The notes under the pieces were generated by a model, which did no database searches, was not told the DNA's origin, and saw only the letters and a list, made by a program, of their open reading frames with translations. Both the position numbers and the translations under genes were made by a program. Source: Tubulanus polymorphus (Eukaryota > Animalia > Nemertea). From it: DNA of 64,000 nt. Shown in pieces: positions 13,521 through 28,800 of the stretch. Where the stretch lies: assembly GCF_964204645.1 (NCBI RefSeq), contig NC_134027.1:20794560-20858559 (forward strand), given 5' to 3'. Within the stretch, counting starts at the first letter, position 1, and every line of letters starts with the position of its first letter.

Positions 13521-14607
13521 AATTCAAAGATGAATCAGTCTCTTATCATAGAACTCAAACGGCGGTTTGAGCGAAAATACTTCTGCTCAAGTATTTACTA
13601 CAGTTTTTTTCTTATTAAGGAAATCGTATTCGTATATAAATCCGCAAAGCACGGTCATTGCTTTTATAAGGGGTGCCGAAGTTCAAAAGCACGCATTGAA
13701 ATAGTATTTAACTCTTTAGATCGTATAATTCAGCATCGAAGCGGCAGCAAAATAGAAAGAATATCTCGATTGCTGTGTAAATTTTGTTTTATCGGAAAGC
13801 CTCATACTTCAGCGCACCCAACGACATAGCTGTCTGGAGTGACGACTTGTCCCAGAGCGGTTGCGGCAAACAGATTCATTGAATTCGCAGTCGAGTTTTA
13901 GTAATAGGTTATTTGTCATCCATCAGAAAACTATCGTTTTATTTGCACACGGCACATCAAAGAATTCATTAAAAAATTGATTACGTATGTAGTCGGGCTA
14001 CGGTTTGTAAATTTGCGTGTAAATATTGAGATTTGCTTCGGATGGAAGCGCTTTTATCGCTATTTTTAGTAACAAAATCATTATTTCAGTAACAATTATG
14101 CCAAATGATACCAAATATTGTTCGCAGTGTTTATCTATATTGACACGAGTTGTGTTATAGATTTTGAAGGGATACGATAATCATCCCATCCCACGGCGTT
14201 TGCTAATGCGGTATATTCTAGTCGGCAATATTGCCACGACTGTCGGATTTGATAGAAATTGAAAACATAAACTGTAGAAATTGACCGTAAAGGGAATGTA
14301 TCTAATGAAACGACAAAAGTGCGATGAATATTCCTAGCGAAAACAATGTTCATGGTTTACTGACTAATATTAGTTAGGAAATTGATATAAACAAGTTAGT
14401 ATTTGCCATATAGCTTTTCTAGTAAGGATGTACTCTCAAAATGAAACATCAAATCTATTCATCAAAATTTCATATTTTGCCCCAAACTTTCACTTTTTAC
14501 GCACTCTGCATTTTCTCATGTAGGTAGACGATAGACCCGTGTTCAATGCAGCGTTCCGGCGCAACAATTGACCCTGAACTTTCATTAAAGATGTTGGTTT
14601 TTACACG

Positions 14608-14978
14608 TATGGTGGCTGATTCGGGCCACGTAAAAAAGACCACTCGCTTTCCTTCATTTTTTTACATATTACATTTTTGGTACAGTTTTTCGTTTTAACG
14701 CATCGATAAAACCAACTTTTCGTTTTAACGTGGTCTTTTTCGTTTTTTAACACCACGTTAGAACCAACTTGAGATGCGATAAAAAGAAAAGAACCACGTT
14801 AAAAAGAGAAACGTAGCGTTAAAACAAAAAGTTGGTTTTAATGTAGCATTAGAACGAAAAACTGGTTTTAGCGTGGCGTTAAAACGAAAAATGTAGAATG
14901 AGAAAAAACTTGGTGTAAACCGACTACAATGTTTCATTTTAATTCCTTTTTTCAATGTGGCCCGAATCAGCCACCATA
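14608..14978. mobile_element. MITE family A, copy 2
   Basis: Same TIR as 631-899, with internal inverted repeats of TTTTCGTTTTAACG-type units. Confidence 0.8.
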
Positions 14979-14984
14979 GAAACG

Positions 14985-15348
14985 GCTACGCGGGTTTTCA
15001 CGGGTCATTCGCGGAATTCGTATAAAACCACGACTTATGAGCGGAGACGATTTGGCCCGGGCCAAATTTGGCCTGTGCCTAATTAGAGAGTGCGTTCACA
15101 CGCAAGCCATTCACTCGATACTTAACAATGGTCAAACAAAGCGAAGTGGATCATTTCCGGTGATCATTTTCGTTTGGCACACGTGTGAACAGTTGTTCCG
15201 GGCCAAATTTGGCACGGGCCAAAAATGCTCGTGTGATAGCGGCTATAGATAACTCGTAAAAATACGACTTACACGTAACTCATACATCACGTAAGTCGTA
15301 GTAAAATCGTCAGTCCCGAGGACTACGACTTATTCGGGGTTGACTGTA
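14985..15348. mobile_element. Nested MITE remnants
   Basis: The motif GGCCCGGGCCAAATTTGGC occurs twice (~15054, ~15198). A Tc1/mariner-like end GGGGTTGACTG|TA lies at ~15346. Confidence 0.4.
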
Positions 15349-16807
15349 CATTTATACGTATAGTTTCGATAGTGGCTATACACGACCACTGGCTTTCACC
15401 ACGGGTTCAGGTGGGATGATTTAGCCACCGACTATGTAAAAATATTTTCACCATATCACACATTTAGATAATTTTATTCCCGCGAAAAAGAAGAAATATT
15501 GGTTTCACTCCATGTCACTTCGGGGATCCGTACTACCTTGACCATCTACAGTCGGCTACGCGCCAGTGACCGTAGCCGCGACTAGTGGAGAGAGGGATTT
15601 CATCACATCCGCTCGTTGCTAGCAATGAAGCGCAGTTTCTTTTCAGCTTCGTCTGTATCTGGCGGTATCCATCGCGCCGCAGCCTGACAAGCTATTCTTT
15701 AAATCCAATTTTCCATCGAGTCCTCGCCAGCTTATCGATAAATGTTGCAAATATTAAACAAAACCTCACATGCAAATTAAAATGCAACATCTCCGTAGTT
15801 ATCGCAATAGATTCAGGATTTTATTTACACAAATTAACAAAAAAAACAAACAAAACTTCTGGTAGGTATATTAATTTTCAACCATCTTATATGATATATA
15901 ATCGAAATACACAGTCCGATAAAACATGAATTGATCATAATATATAGAAATCTATACATGTGTTTATAAATAAATATTCTTAATAAACGATTTCTTCTAA
16001 ATTATCACAATTAGCAGTGAATAATCGAAGCATTGTAGTAACCTTCCACAGAGTTTATGTCAAATTACGGTATGGGACCGATGGCAGTCAAATCTTGGGC
16101 CCCGTTGCAAGAAAAGTGTTAACCGCTTAATCGATACAAACCGATTGTGTTAACCGCTCAATCGATTCAAATCCTACGTGGACGAATAATTTTTCTCATG
16201 AATCTTAAAGAACATAGGTGTCATTGCGTAGACATTGTGTACGACCCCATGTGCTGGACCTATATATAGGTTTCAGCCCTACAGGATGAGATTGTGTCCA
16301 AATTTTAGGCCCAGTTTCAGAAGAGTTTAGACTCCAGAATCAAGTTTCGCTTTTCTTAGATGAAAAATTAGTTTATATTTACATTCGTAATATTGCTGAT
16401 TTGAGTAAATCCCCCTGTACCCCGAACTGATTTCCACATGTCTATATGGATAAAATTCAATATCGCGAGAGAAGCAATATTGTTTTTAATGAAGAGAAGT
16501 CACTCTTACCATAACTGGGTACGTGATTTGTTTAAATAACTACTAGAAATGATATTTCGAAAAATATAACTTTGATGATGGCATGGATTGAGACAAATCG
16601 AGGCGATATACACTACTCAAATGGAATCTCGAAATTTTGTCTAGTCAATTTGGGATCAGGGTCGTGTTTCAGTAAGTAGGTTCAGTTCATTCAAATGTCG
16701 ATGTTATTTAGAAAGGGTTACTAATGTAACAGGTACGTAGCATCATTAGCTAAGATACATGTTTTCTAATGTTTATCAGTGGACAAGACTCGAAAACAAA
16801 ACCGGGT

Positions 16808-19800
16808 TTATATTTCAATTGGTTTAGGGATGGGTTTTCGAATGTGTCTCATAGTTGAACCGGCTTCAGCGGGTTTGAACGGCGCATGCGATCCGTAAGG
16901 TCGTGGTATTGGAAGCTCGCTTTCATCATCAGGTATATAAGCATTCGGGCGTGGTTCAGCAGTAGTGATGTTTCCACCAGCCAGTCTATACTGTTCTTCT
17001 TCCTCATCTGCCTGAAAAATTAATCGTTTTATGATATGTAGTATTCGATCTTGACACCACTTCAACGGGAAAATGATGAGTATGATGTTCCAAAACGAAG
17101 TTCAAGAGATCAAGACATCAGAAGTATGAGATATCTCATAGTAGGAATGATGCTGGATTCAGAAGTATGATATATTTCAGTGAAAATGGTAGCACATTCA
17201 GAAGTATGAGATATCTCATCAAAGTGGCAATGGTAGCAGATTCAGAAGTATGAAATATCTCATAGTGGCAATGGTAGCAGATTCAGAAGTATGAGATATA
17301 TCATAGTGGTAATGGTAGCAGATTCAGAAATATGAGATATCTCATAGTGGCAATGGTAGCAGATTCAGAAGTATCAGATAACTCATAGTGGAAATGGTAG
17401 CAGATTCAGAAGTATGAGATGTCGCAAAGTGGCAAGAGTAGCAGATATCTCTTGCTTTACTGATAACTTACAATTTGTTGTATTTCTCGTTCTCTTTGTT
17501 TCATTTCATCGTTTCGTTGCATCTTCATCCATTCTCGCAATATTTCATCGCTAGGTGGCTCTCCTTTCTCCATGCGAATGTACGATTGTTCAAGTTCGTT
17601 TTCGCGTTCTTTCACCTCTTGTTGTAGATGTAATGCCTCAGCTTGTTGCATCGATAATTCCGAAACGCACGCCATCATTTTACGAGTCGCGTCTTTAATC
17701 TTAGCTTGCAATTCATTCACCTGAAATCAATGTCATATGAATGTACAAGTTAAAGTAAACTTTGCCAATGAATTCAAGTAGGGGCTAGTTTTATAGATAC
17801 AGGGACTGATATTAATCACAGGTCTAGAGATAATTTCAATCACAGATGCTGGTTCAAGAAATAAATTTGAATTGAAGAATTTGAGAACCGAAATTCAAAC
17901 AGTTCTATTGATAAATTTAGTTATTCTTCATCCCCTAACCCAGGTGCACATAAAAATCCATGGTTATTTCAACCACATATAAAATCTACCATTATCTTAT
18001 TCCCAGAGCACCGGAAAACATAATTCATTTCAAAGGCAGTTTTGCACATAATGTCACAGACAATCATAATTCTAGGAATGGTTTCACAGAGAAAATGAAA
18101 ACCATTACAATCAAACTCGATTAAATCCTCATAGTTAGAAGCATCATTATGATGGCGACTTATTCAAGCATGAAACTATAAAATTGAATTAGAAAAACAC
18201 AATTCTGGACTAAAAATCAAGAGAAGACTAAGGTATTGTGACGACTTATCCGATGGCAACTAAAGTTTTGTTGTATCTTGATGGGCAAATTCTTGGTTTT
18301 TCATTGTAAGCCTAATTTCTAAGGCAATGTGGTCAGAATCATTTCTGATCTCGGATTGTTGAATACTTTACCTTTTTAGCGAGGTTCAACGTGTCCTTTT
18401 TGCCGCTGTTTGTTTTATTTTTCACACGTTCGGCAAGTCGCGTCGTTTGCTCGAATATCAAATCTTTCTCGAGGAGTTGTTCCTCCTTTTCAGCCAAACG
18501 AACTTCCAACTGCAAACACCAAACTTCCATACATTAGGGAAAGAAGTGAGAGGAAAACAGGCATGAGGTGATGCAATGGAGGGAGGAGAAAAAGGAGAGG
18601 AGGAATGGAGAAAATGGAAGAGGGCAGTGCAGATGGTGAGAATGACGCCATCAAGGAATGTGTGTGCTTCAGCATAGGCACCGTTCATAATAGTATGGAG
18701 GTAAGGGAGGTCTGAAAAATTGGCACATATCACACATATCATATGCAAAACCCAATGACCTTGAAACTCACAACAATCATAGAACATGTCATAAACTACA
18801 ACTTTGCAATTGATCATGGTAACAAAATATGCCTAGGTACCAATCTAATAAGGAAATACTAAGTTATTCTACTATTCAACGCCCCCTGGTGACCATATAG
18901 AATAACTAATATCCTTAAAACTCACCTCATAGACAATGTCATGAGCTACAACTTTGCAATTGATTGTGGTAACAAAATATGCTTAGGTATCAATATAATG
19001 TGGAAAAACTTTTTCCCACCTACGAATGAGTACTGATGATACCAAGATGGCCGCAAATTGCTTCATAATTGGCCGATTAAAAATATCTCGCTCAGGTATA
19101 AAACGCCCCTTTCCAAAGAATACCCTTCACAAATCGCGATGAGAAATGGCAAACCAGTAGGAAGCTACAGGACTCAGAATTTGGGCCAAAATTGACATTT
19201 TGGGCACTAAAAAGGTCATAGGACGACCATCTTGAGTCCGATCGACCCAATTTTTCTTATGGTGATGGGCCCTTGGGGGATTCAAATGTGTACGAAAGAT
19301 CAAGGTAATTGATTTAAGCGTCTTCAAAATTTCCCTCAAAAAGTGGAAAAAGTGCTGATTTTGACGAACAACAATGGCTGCCAGTTGGCCATCTTGATTC
19401 TGACAGGGCAAGTTTTTGGGCTGAAGATGTGTCTAGGGTAGATACATGTATAAACCAAATATCAAGACATTTCCTTGAAGCGTCTTCAAAACTTCCCAAA
19501 ATAACTGGATTCCGTCTACGCACGGACGGACGGACGCTCGCTGGGACTAAAGTCCCAAGTGGGCTAAAAATAAGCTGCACCGAAGAACGCGCAGTACAGA
19601 CGAACCCGCTTAATCAGGATCAAGTAGTTTGGATTTTTGTTTCACATCCAATGGGGTACCGGCAATGCTATTGTTGTGGCAAGCAAGGATTCTGTGATGA
19701 TCAACCTGGTTTGCAGGTGGTTACTGAATAACCGCGCTTCAATGTCTTCTTCATTTCAATTGAATTCAAATCAACATTTCTCATTTATAATAAATTTATC

Positions 19801-22800
19801 AATGAAGCTTTCTTTTTTTACTAAATATCCTCAATCCACTGAGTGGCACGCAGGGCATTATTAGCAGGTTTGGTTAAATTAGCGGTATCAGTGAGACTTA
19901 TACGATATACAGATTGAGAAAGTGTATCTATCTGATGAATCTTTTTTTAAATTCTCAGTTTTGGAAGGCTTAAAACAAAAATTCATACTTCATTGCATTG
20001 ATTTTTACAATGAGTAATGCAGTGAATTGTTGCGCCGTCTGGTGAGTACTGGTAACCTGTTATTACGTAAAATATGACGTTAAATCCACATGTCTCAAAC
20101 TGGATGAACTTTGATGGTCCTAAGCGATCCCAATTCAGCGGGTTCTAATTTAAAAGCACGCATTTACCTGTTCAATTTTTTTCTGTAACTCCGCAGGTGT
20201 TAAATCTTTACCCTCGAGGAATCGCACTCGTGACTCGTCGTACGGATTTTCCAATTCACGTTCTAGGTCTAACATTCGGTCCTGACACTGACATAACTGC
20301 AAAACAAACAAAACGTTTTTCTCAGGAAATGTTATCTGGGGGTAGAAGTGGCTTCACAGCATGTCATACTTCCCATCAAACGCAAGCGGTCATCTGATTA
20401 AGTATTAAGTCATAAGGCAAATTTATCAAATATACTCAATTCTGAGTAACCCTTCCCATCAAACGCAAGTGGTCATCTGATTAAGTATTAAGTCATAAGG
20501 CAAATTTATCGAATATACTCAATTCTGAGTAACCCTTCAAGTATAAGAGTAGTACTAAACACATTCATCCAAAGGTATCTCAACTTTTGGTACTCTACTT
20601 GCCTTATCACACTCAAGAACACGGTAACCCTGAGTATAGCCAAGAAAAAATGGCTGACACTAATATGAACTTCGGGCATATTTTTGCAATGAAAACCAAC
20701 AAAACTCGTTAATAAGGATAATCGAAATTGGGTACCCTATACTTGTTAAGTACCAAACCTAGAAATAGGTACCTAGCGGTAAATTCAACAACAATTGACT
20801 GACTGCCAAAATTATGCATGTGCACAATAAAACGTGTCACACCTGTGCATAAGTCTATAAGATCATAAAATTTGTGAATTGAAGAAACCTACAACTTGAA
20901 AGAAAAAAATTGGTAGTGACATTTTGACTTCATTCTGAGAAAGATTTCGAACTCACATAGTTACTCTATAGAAATGATCATAGATTTGTGTTCACAAAAT
21001 CTATCCAACCCTCAACCTGCCGAATGCTACTCAATGAATCAATAGTCAGTTTTTTTTTCATTTCGATACCAATTTAACACAACCCACGATATATAAGCCA
21101 GATTTTGAAGTTGGTGTTTGGACGAAGAGACTCTCCTGCTACCAGGATTCAAATTCGAGATGGCTTAAAGCCTGTCAAATTACCTGTATCTGCAACGTCG
21201 TCAGTTCTTGTTCTAAATTACGTTTATTCGGAAGGTTTTTACGCAATAAATCAATCGATCGTTTCTCTTCGGCTTCTTGTATTTTCAAGAATCGGATTTC
21301 TTCCTCACGAGATTGCAACTCGACGTCGCCATTTCGAATCATCTGATCTGTAATTGAAAATAAATCCCTGTGAATATTAAGAGCAGCTTTGGAGACAACG
21401 CTAGACCGTGTTCACACCTCTGTCAATTAATCCGCTGTAATTTGGCCCATATCTGCAACAGACCAATTTAGAAGCGGACCAAATCTGCACTGTGCATTCA
21501 TAAATGCTTTTATATTACATTATCACTGGTCCAGCTAGGCAAAATTTTCTTATCACACACACAGTATCAGCCAGTTCTAAAATCTAGAACGGACCCCGTG
21601 TCCAAAAAGAAATATTTTGATTCATTTCTTCAGTTGTGAGTTATTCTCGAGTCACAACTGCAGCACTGAGTACTAGTGCTGGTTTCAGAAAATCCTACCT
21701 TGAATATTGACTTTCTCATAGAATATACAAACTTCTTCATTCCTTTCAATCAGTTGAACACCTCTGAAAATAAAAAATATGTTTCAAGTAATTGAATTAA
21801 CAGTAGGGGTTTGGAAAGATCTTAATTACATATATACATGATTGTTTAAACTTAGAATGAACAAATTTGTGTGGGTGGCCACTTCCCCCATATATGAAAT
21901 TTCTGAGTATTGCCTTTTATTATGAAATACATGTCAACCATGATGCAAGTTGATACGAGACAAGAGGATCTTGATTGGAAGTCTCATCACCAAAATAAAT
22001 TTTCTAGACGTATCGGCCCCACTCCGCGCGGTTCCGCCACCGTGCGGGATTTACGCGAAGCAGCAAACACAAACATGGCCACTCTCTCAATTTTCAATGA
22101 TAGAAATCGTGTGTGCATTTCAATTATTTCGGCTGTTAGGGTTTTAAGGCACAATATAAGTTGATGATGTGATATGGCGATGTTAATTAATGATAATTCC
22201 GCAGTGAAGCTAGTCACGAACGGTGCCGATTGAGTGTACAGCTGCCAAAAACACTGAAATGTGCGTAGTTGCGTAACTATATGCAGTGAATTGCAGACGA
22301 AACATGAAGCCTTAACGGCCGTTAAAAAAAAAATTATACCAAACGCAATTGTAAAATAAAAATGAGATAGAACCTAAGTTAAAATTCTGGCCATTTCTAA
22401 AATGTTATTACTAATTTTTAGTCAGTGCCGAACGTTTAGTTTTCCAACAATAATGAGGGGTGGTAGGTAGTCATGCAATTCAAGTCATCATTTATTACAC
22501 GTTACTTCCGTGTTGTTGAAAATCTGGCGAGTCCTGGACCAAACCCCATTGAACAATGTGATCTGTGTGCTGGCCACAAATGCACACAGATCACACTACA
22601 CTACCCATTACAAACTCCAGTACCCACAGCTTTCATATATCCATCCAAATATTTAGAGTGTCTTTCTTCCTGGATTCTTCATTCGATTCATTCAAAACTA
22701 TCTATTTTTGACGTGATTTTTTCGATGATCGAATCTACTTTCAATTCCAGATTCAAGTGATTTCAATTCTGAGGCAATCTTCAAGGCATTTCAACACAAG

Positions 22801-25800
22801 GTTTTGTTATGGGGTTTCATTCTTGGCGATTATGCTATGATAATCTAATATAATTCAGAGTAAATTGATCAATTGATTATAATGACAATTATTATCATAG
22901 AGCATAACATGGTTTTCAACTTTTCAATACAAACCTGTCGTTTCTATGTTGTACTGCCGATTCGTAACGTTTTCGCAACTGAACCATTTGCTCTTCGGCC
23001 TGATTGATCATAGCGTTTAATTTTGATATATCCATTCTCAATTGTTCCCTCTTCTCTTTCATGTCCTCTTCAACTCGTTGCTGTTTCGCCATTTCGTTTC
23101 TCAAACTGTCTCTGATCACGATGCTATTCACATGTTTCAATCGATGTTTCTGTAATTGTCTGCAAATGAAAACTGGGTTGTCAGGGGAAAGGCTAAGGCA
23201 AAGGTAAACACTTTTTCCACTAATAAGTTAGCAAATTTCAAGCTAATTACGTAGAAAATCAGTGTAATGACAATCTGAATTGCAATAAATAGGATCACCC
23301 AAAAATATCAAGACTTTCTGGTTGATGATCCAAGCTACTACTTAACTACCCAAAAGGGCCTGTTTCAATTGAATGAACCTTGAAAAATTCTGAAGACACT
23401 TTTTTCAGAAATTTAAAAGCACCTCTTGTGAAAAGTAGTAATTTGTTCACTTTTCGCATGCTTTTCCCAAATTTTTCAAAAGTAAGCACTTTTATGACAT
23501 GCCGCAAACTTGGATACCTATTTTCAGCATTTCTAAAACTTTTCCTCAGCCGTACTAATTTTCCCCCAATTCTATCTTGAACGGAGTAATTTTACCTAAC
23601 CTTTACAGACCGGTACCTTTATGAACAACTTGACATTTCACAGTGATGGATGGCAAAATGCTCACCTTTCTTTCGTTGTAACAGCCGTTCTGAGAATTTC
23701 GATTTCATTTTGCAAAATCTTTATTTTCTCTCTCATTTCCGCAGCTTTTTGCGTACTAGTCTGTATGAGGTTGACGCATTTATTTCGTTCATTTTTTATC
23801 ACGTCGTACATCTTTGCAAACTCTTTCAATCTATAAGAATTACCCGAAAACAAATTACGCACTAATAAGAAACTACAGTCATATACCTAACACATAAATG
23901 TAGATGAAAAAAAAACAAGCAAAATGAAGTCAACCCAGTGGCGGATCCTATCTCTAGGGCTTTCTTTTTGAAGGGCACTAACGTAATTGTATAGTAATCT
24001 GTGTCAGGTGAGGCATAAGGCACAACAGGTGGCCTGCCTTAGAACATTTTTGAAATCCAAGACCAATTTGAGCCATTGTGGTGGGTTTTGGGCAAAAAAG
24101 ATTCGAAAAACTAGATCATCTTTTGCATTGGATAGTGATTTTTTCTTAAGGTAAATTAGTTACCGCAGTTGCATCTCTTGGAATTTTTTCTGATTATCCT
24201 GAATTTGTAGTTTTTTCGTTTTCAGATCTTCCACCGCGCGGTGATACCTCATTTCCGCTCGCATGAAGTCTCTAGCTTTCTGTTCCCTTTCATCAGCCTA
24301 CATTGATGATAGAAACAAAAACAAACCATTATATTGTTGAAACAGACATACGTTGGAATATTTAGCAAGTAGTGTGTAAACTAGTGGTCCAGGGACACCA
24401 TGCCTGTCCATTCCGTGAAATGCTTGACAATTTGACAATTTCAATAAAGAAAGCTCCATATAGTGAACAAATACAGAAACGTATGACATTGAAACTCTCC
24501 ACAATAATAGAACGTGGTATTCGCTACAACTTTGCTTTTGTGGTTACAAAAAAATGCGCATAGGTGTCAACGTAGATAGGAATTTTGGCTGCAGATGAGT
24601 CTAGGGTAAGCATGTCAACTGAACATTGAAACAGTACAATAATGCGTATTGAAAACTTCCAAAAATAACTTAATTCCATTATTAACGGACAAAAGTATTC
24701 ACATCCGCATTAGCCATAGGGACTATGCCCCAAATCAGTGTTCTCTATGTGCTAAGGTTTTAGTGGGAATGCATTCATTCTATTTCTTTAGCGTATAACA
24801 TTCTGGGTGCTGAAGTAGCGAGACTTTCGATATGGAAAATAAAGCTTAATTTCAGCGCAATCTTCTTTTTTGACCTTATTAGCTCACTTCTTTACTAAGC
24901 AATTATCAGTAATATATGTTGATAGAACATTGACATCAACTCATTATGAGGGGCAGCCGATATACAGCATATCAAGGGTGTTTGATTTTTCAGAGGGGTG
25001 GATATGAAAATAAAGGTGTGCCCATCCCGCGAAAACCTCCGGTGGAGAAAGAACACTGCAAGTGGGTTAAAAGTCCACAATTTACTAATTTACAAATTCA
25101 CGGTACGCAGATTCTTATTGAATATGGAAACCAGTGAGTCAAAATAGGATGGGAATAATGGATTTAATAGCTTAGAACTAAAAGTCAAAATTCAATAGAA
25201 GTTACTTATGTTCTATATCATTGGAAACCAACATGGCAGAATTCATTGTAATTACAATCTTAAAATGTTCTGATTGGCACCTAATTGAGTTAAAGGATTG
25301 CAAGCAAAAATTCAAATACACCACTGAATTTTTATTATGTTTTACATACCTTAATCGCGGCAAGACGAGTCAATTCTACAACTTCTATTCTGAGATCGCT
25401 TTGTTCATACAGCAAGCGTTCCTCTTCAGCTATACTCTGTTCCACTTTCACTTGTTCGACAGCTGTGAGAGAGTTCTGTAAAATTTTCGAAAAAACCACA
25501 ATAGCAGTGCGGTGTACTAGCAAAATCTATCACTGATTTATACACCGCACTGCGGTGTAGACGCACTGAAAGGGTTAAGCTAAAACATTACGACTTTTTC
25601 ATTTGATGCTATTTTGATGCAATCTTTGTCAAAAACTAACTCGAAAAGAGCATTATCTGTAAAGCTAAATTACAATTCTGTCAAGAATTTTTGAGAAGGG
25701 TTTTTGTCCTGCCAGGAGGTAACTGCCAGGATGTCTTTTTCTAACTGATTTGCCCTTAGAAAATTCGTAGGACTCTCTGATCTTGACGCTACAATCATCC

Positions 25801-28800
25801 TTGTAACCATCATAATTGAAAATACTATAGAACATTGGTTATTCTGCATTACTCCTCGCGACTACAGTGCAGAACAATTAGGTAACCAGTCATAGTGCAG
25901 GGCACTTAACCATAGTCAAAAATTTTTGTCCCTACATATGCTATGCCCTAAATTCTTGAAAAAGAACTCCTTGACACATGGCTACGGCCAATACAGTCTT
26001 TATGATGAAGTAAACAAATAACAAGTTTTCTTAGAAATCACGAACCTGTTGAGCGAGCGCTCGTTTAGTTTGATCAACTTCTTTCTGTAATTCTTTTCTT
26101 TTTTCCAACAGAGTTCCATCATCTTTTGGTTGCGCATCAACCTTTGAAACGAAACAAAAAATTAATGACAGTTCCAATTCAAACAGTGATGATTATACCA
26201 TAGAAAGTAAAACAAGTTAATCACAAATCTAAAACTCAAGCATCAAATTTAATTTACACTCGTCGAACTTAAGCCCAACGCAGACGGGTGACTATTGCTG
26301 GAGAAATTTATAGACCAGAAGAAACCCATGATTGTGATTCCCCATTCGTCAATGAAGACTTTTATTGCTTTAATTACCTGTCCTTTGACTTTATCATATA
26401 CAGAATTAGTGTGCTGCAATGCTTCTGTAGCGACCTTCAGTTGTAATTCGGCTTTTTTCAGATTGCGTAGATCGCGATCCTTTTCTCGAACTTTACGCGA
26501 ATAAATTTCGTGTAGATTTTTCTTCTCCAGATAGATATGTCGCAGGCTCAGATCTAACGTCGCCCTAGCATGATACATATTCCAATATAGGCTAATGAAC
26601 TTTTAAGTGATAAACATGATTCTCTTCATTCAAATTTCGAGGCCATCAGATTTGAATCCCAGCAAGGGAGGAATGTCATTGGGTTCAAATCCAGGTGGAG
26701 AAGGAATGTGACCATGCCAATTCTCATGACGTAATCAGCAGGTTCAAATCGATGCGAGGGAGGAATGAAACTGTGAGTATCTCTAACAATGCAATTAGAA
26801 TATTGCAACGGTCCCAAAAAATTAGGTTCTAATCACTGCTAGGGGGCTGGTTTTAAATGACCTAGGGAAGGTTTGTAGCCTACATAGGGAAAGAGTCGAA
26901 CCTAGATGGCTGACATACCTATCACCCATTAGAACTGCCTCCCTTTCTTTAGCGTATTCGTAAGTTTTCATCAAATCATCGAACTCAGTTTCTTTATCGT
27001 CCAAACGACCTTTCTGTTTATCTTGATCTCCATCGCTAGTGAATTTCTCCTCCTCCAGGTGGCGTCGACGGGATTCGAGATGCTGCATTTGACTGACTAG
27101 TTCTTTGTGCTGCGAATCTTGCCCTTTCAACTGACGATCGACATCACTAGAAAGATATAACATTTTTAGTGTTGGTGTTTGTAGTCTATTTGTAAGTTCA
27201 TTTTCAATTCAAAAGCAGGTGAAGCCTTAAAGAGGGTCATAGGTCCAGGCTGCAGATTTATACCAGTTTCAATCAAGTAAGAAGGCTAGGCAAAATGTGC
27301 GTAAGATGAGAGGAAAAATCTTTCCTAAAAGTATATGACGAAGAAATATTGATATATACAGAACAAGGTTTAGCTGCATCAGAACATAGCTACTAACAAT
27401 TAGCTAACTGTTAGACCGCATCCGACTCACTAAGTGATGTATAATCTACCCATCCACCTGTGTCTACTCCACAGTGTGGTATATCCAAATAACTTTTAAT
27501 CAGCAAAAATCTCTATTGAAAGATAGCGGGAACTGCAAAACATTGCGAAATCTAATTGACTAAAGCCTAGCGCAGTTTTTTGGGTAGACCATGTTTCTCG
27601 CTTAGGAACAATGAACACAGTCCTGAAAACGAAGCAATATAAGCATTTCTATTTCATGTTGTGAATTTATATATTGCTGCGTGCGCTACAGCTTCAATTG
27701 ATTAACTGGTGGATGCACAGCAGTCACATCTATTGTATACCGTAACGCAGTGGAATTTTCAAAAATATTTGAATTTACTCAAGCAGTACTTGTGGGAAAC
27801 TGTGAGTACAACGGAAGGGCAACTGGCCAGTACGCATCGATTTACTGAACTTACGTTTTATTTCTGAGCAATTTATCGGTTTCTTTCGAGATCTGATTCG
27901 GCAGCGTGTTGACGCTTACTAATTCACCCTTCAATTTCTCCAACTCTTCGATCGTCGTTTCCAGTTCTTTCGAGCTCAGTTGATTCTGTCGTGATTTCTG
28001 GTCGAGATCCTCTCGTAGATTCTTCGATTCGATTTGTCTCTGCGCGATTTCTTTGCGCAGTTCGTCGTGCGACGCCTGCAACTCTTTGATTTTCTTTTCC
28101 ACTTCCTGAAAAAATTATTCCAAGTGAAAAAGCATAATCCTAATATGTTTCCTTTATTCATTATAAAATAGACTGCATTGGCGAGGATTTGGGATTTTTA
28201 GGCTCACTGTAGTAACAGATTCCCGATTACATCTGCATCGAGTCTGCACCCACGGACAGATACTATGAAGCCAATTCATGATGAAAAACAACGACATTGA
28301 AACTTACCCCTGCTTTAGGCATTCTTGAATACTCTCGTTCCACCATTTTCTTTTCTTCTTTCAAACTGTGAAAGAATCAAATCAAATGGGAGGTCATGGT
28401 ATGTGGTTGGAAAGGGTACAGGTTACGTCCTCCTACCTCAGCAGGGAATCAAACCTAGCATGGAGACCACCACCGTATGACACCCTGCCTGATAAGCTCG
28501 TGTTTGCAGCTACAACATGAGCAGCTTAGATGATGTCATTATCAGCCAACCAGAAATCCTGTTTTATTCTAGCCTGGGTTTTTCCATTTTTGGTTTATCA
28601 ACGAAATGTGGTCATAGAGCGGTTATAGAACAGGCAAGACTATTGGTGCCGAATGTTTTCGTGTGGCAAACCGGCACATGTACCTGCGCATTTGGGCTAG
28701 TGTGTCAGGATTTCGTAGCATGCCCGAGTCTCTCAATGCTATCAGAATCGAGTCCCTGCCGACGGAGGATGAGGTTAGGTTGAGTGCCAGGAATTTGCTG

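Noticed and set aside
17112-17446. CRISPR-like regularly spaced repeats
   Set aside because: The units repeat head-to-tail with no unique spacers, no cas genes are present, and the array lies in a eukaryotic intron: a minisatellite.
21184-21347. Apparent frameshift in a CCDC146 exon at a T-run
   Set aside because: Recounting gives five T, so the frame is intact ([12 protein letters not shown]).
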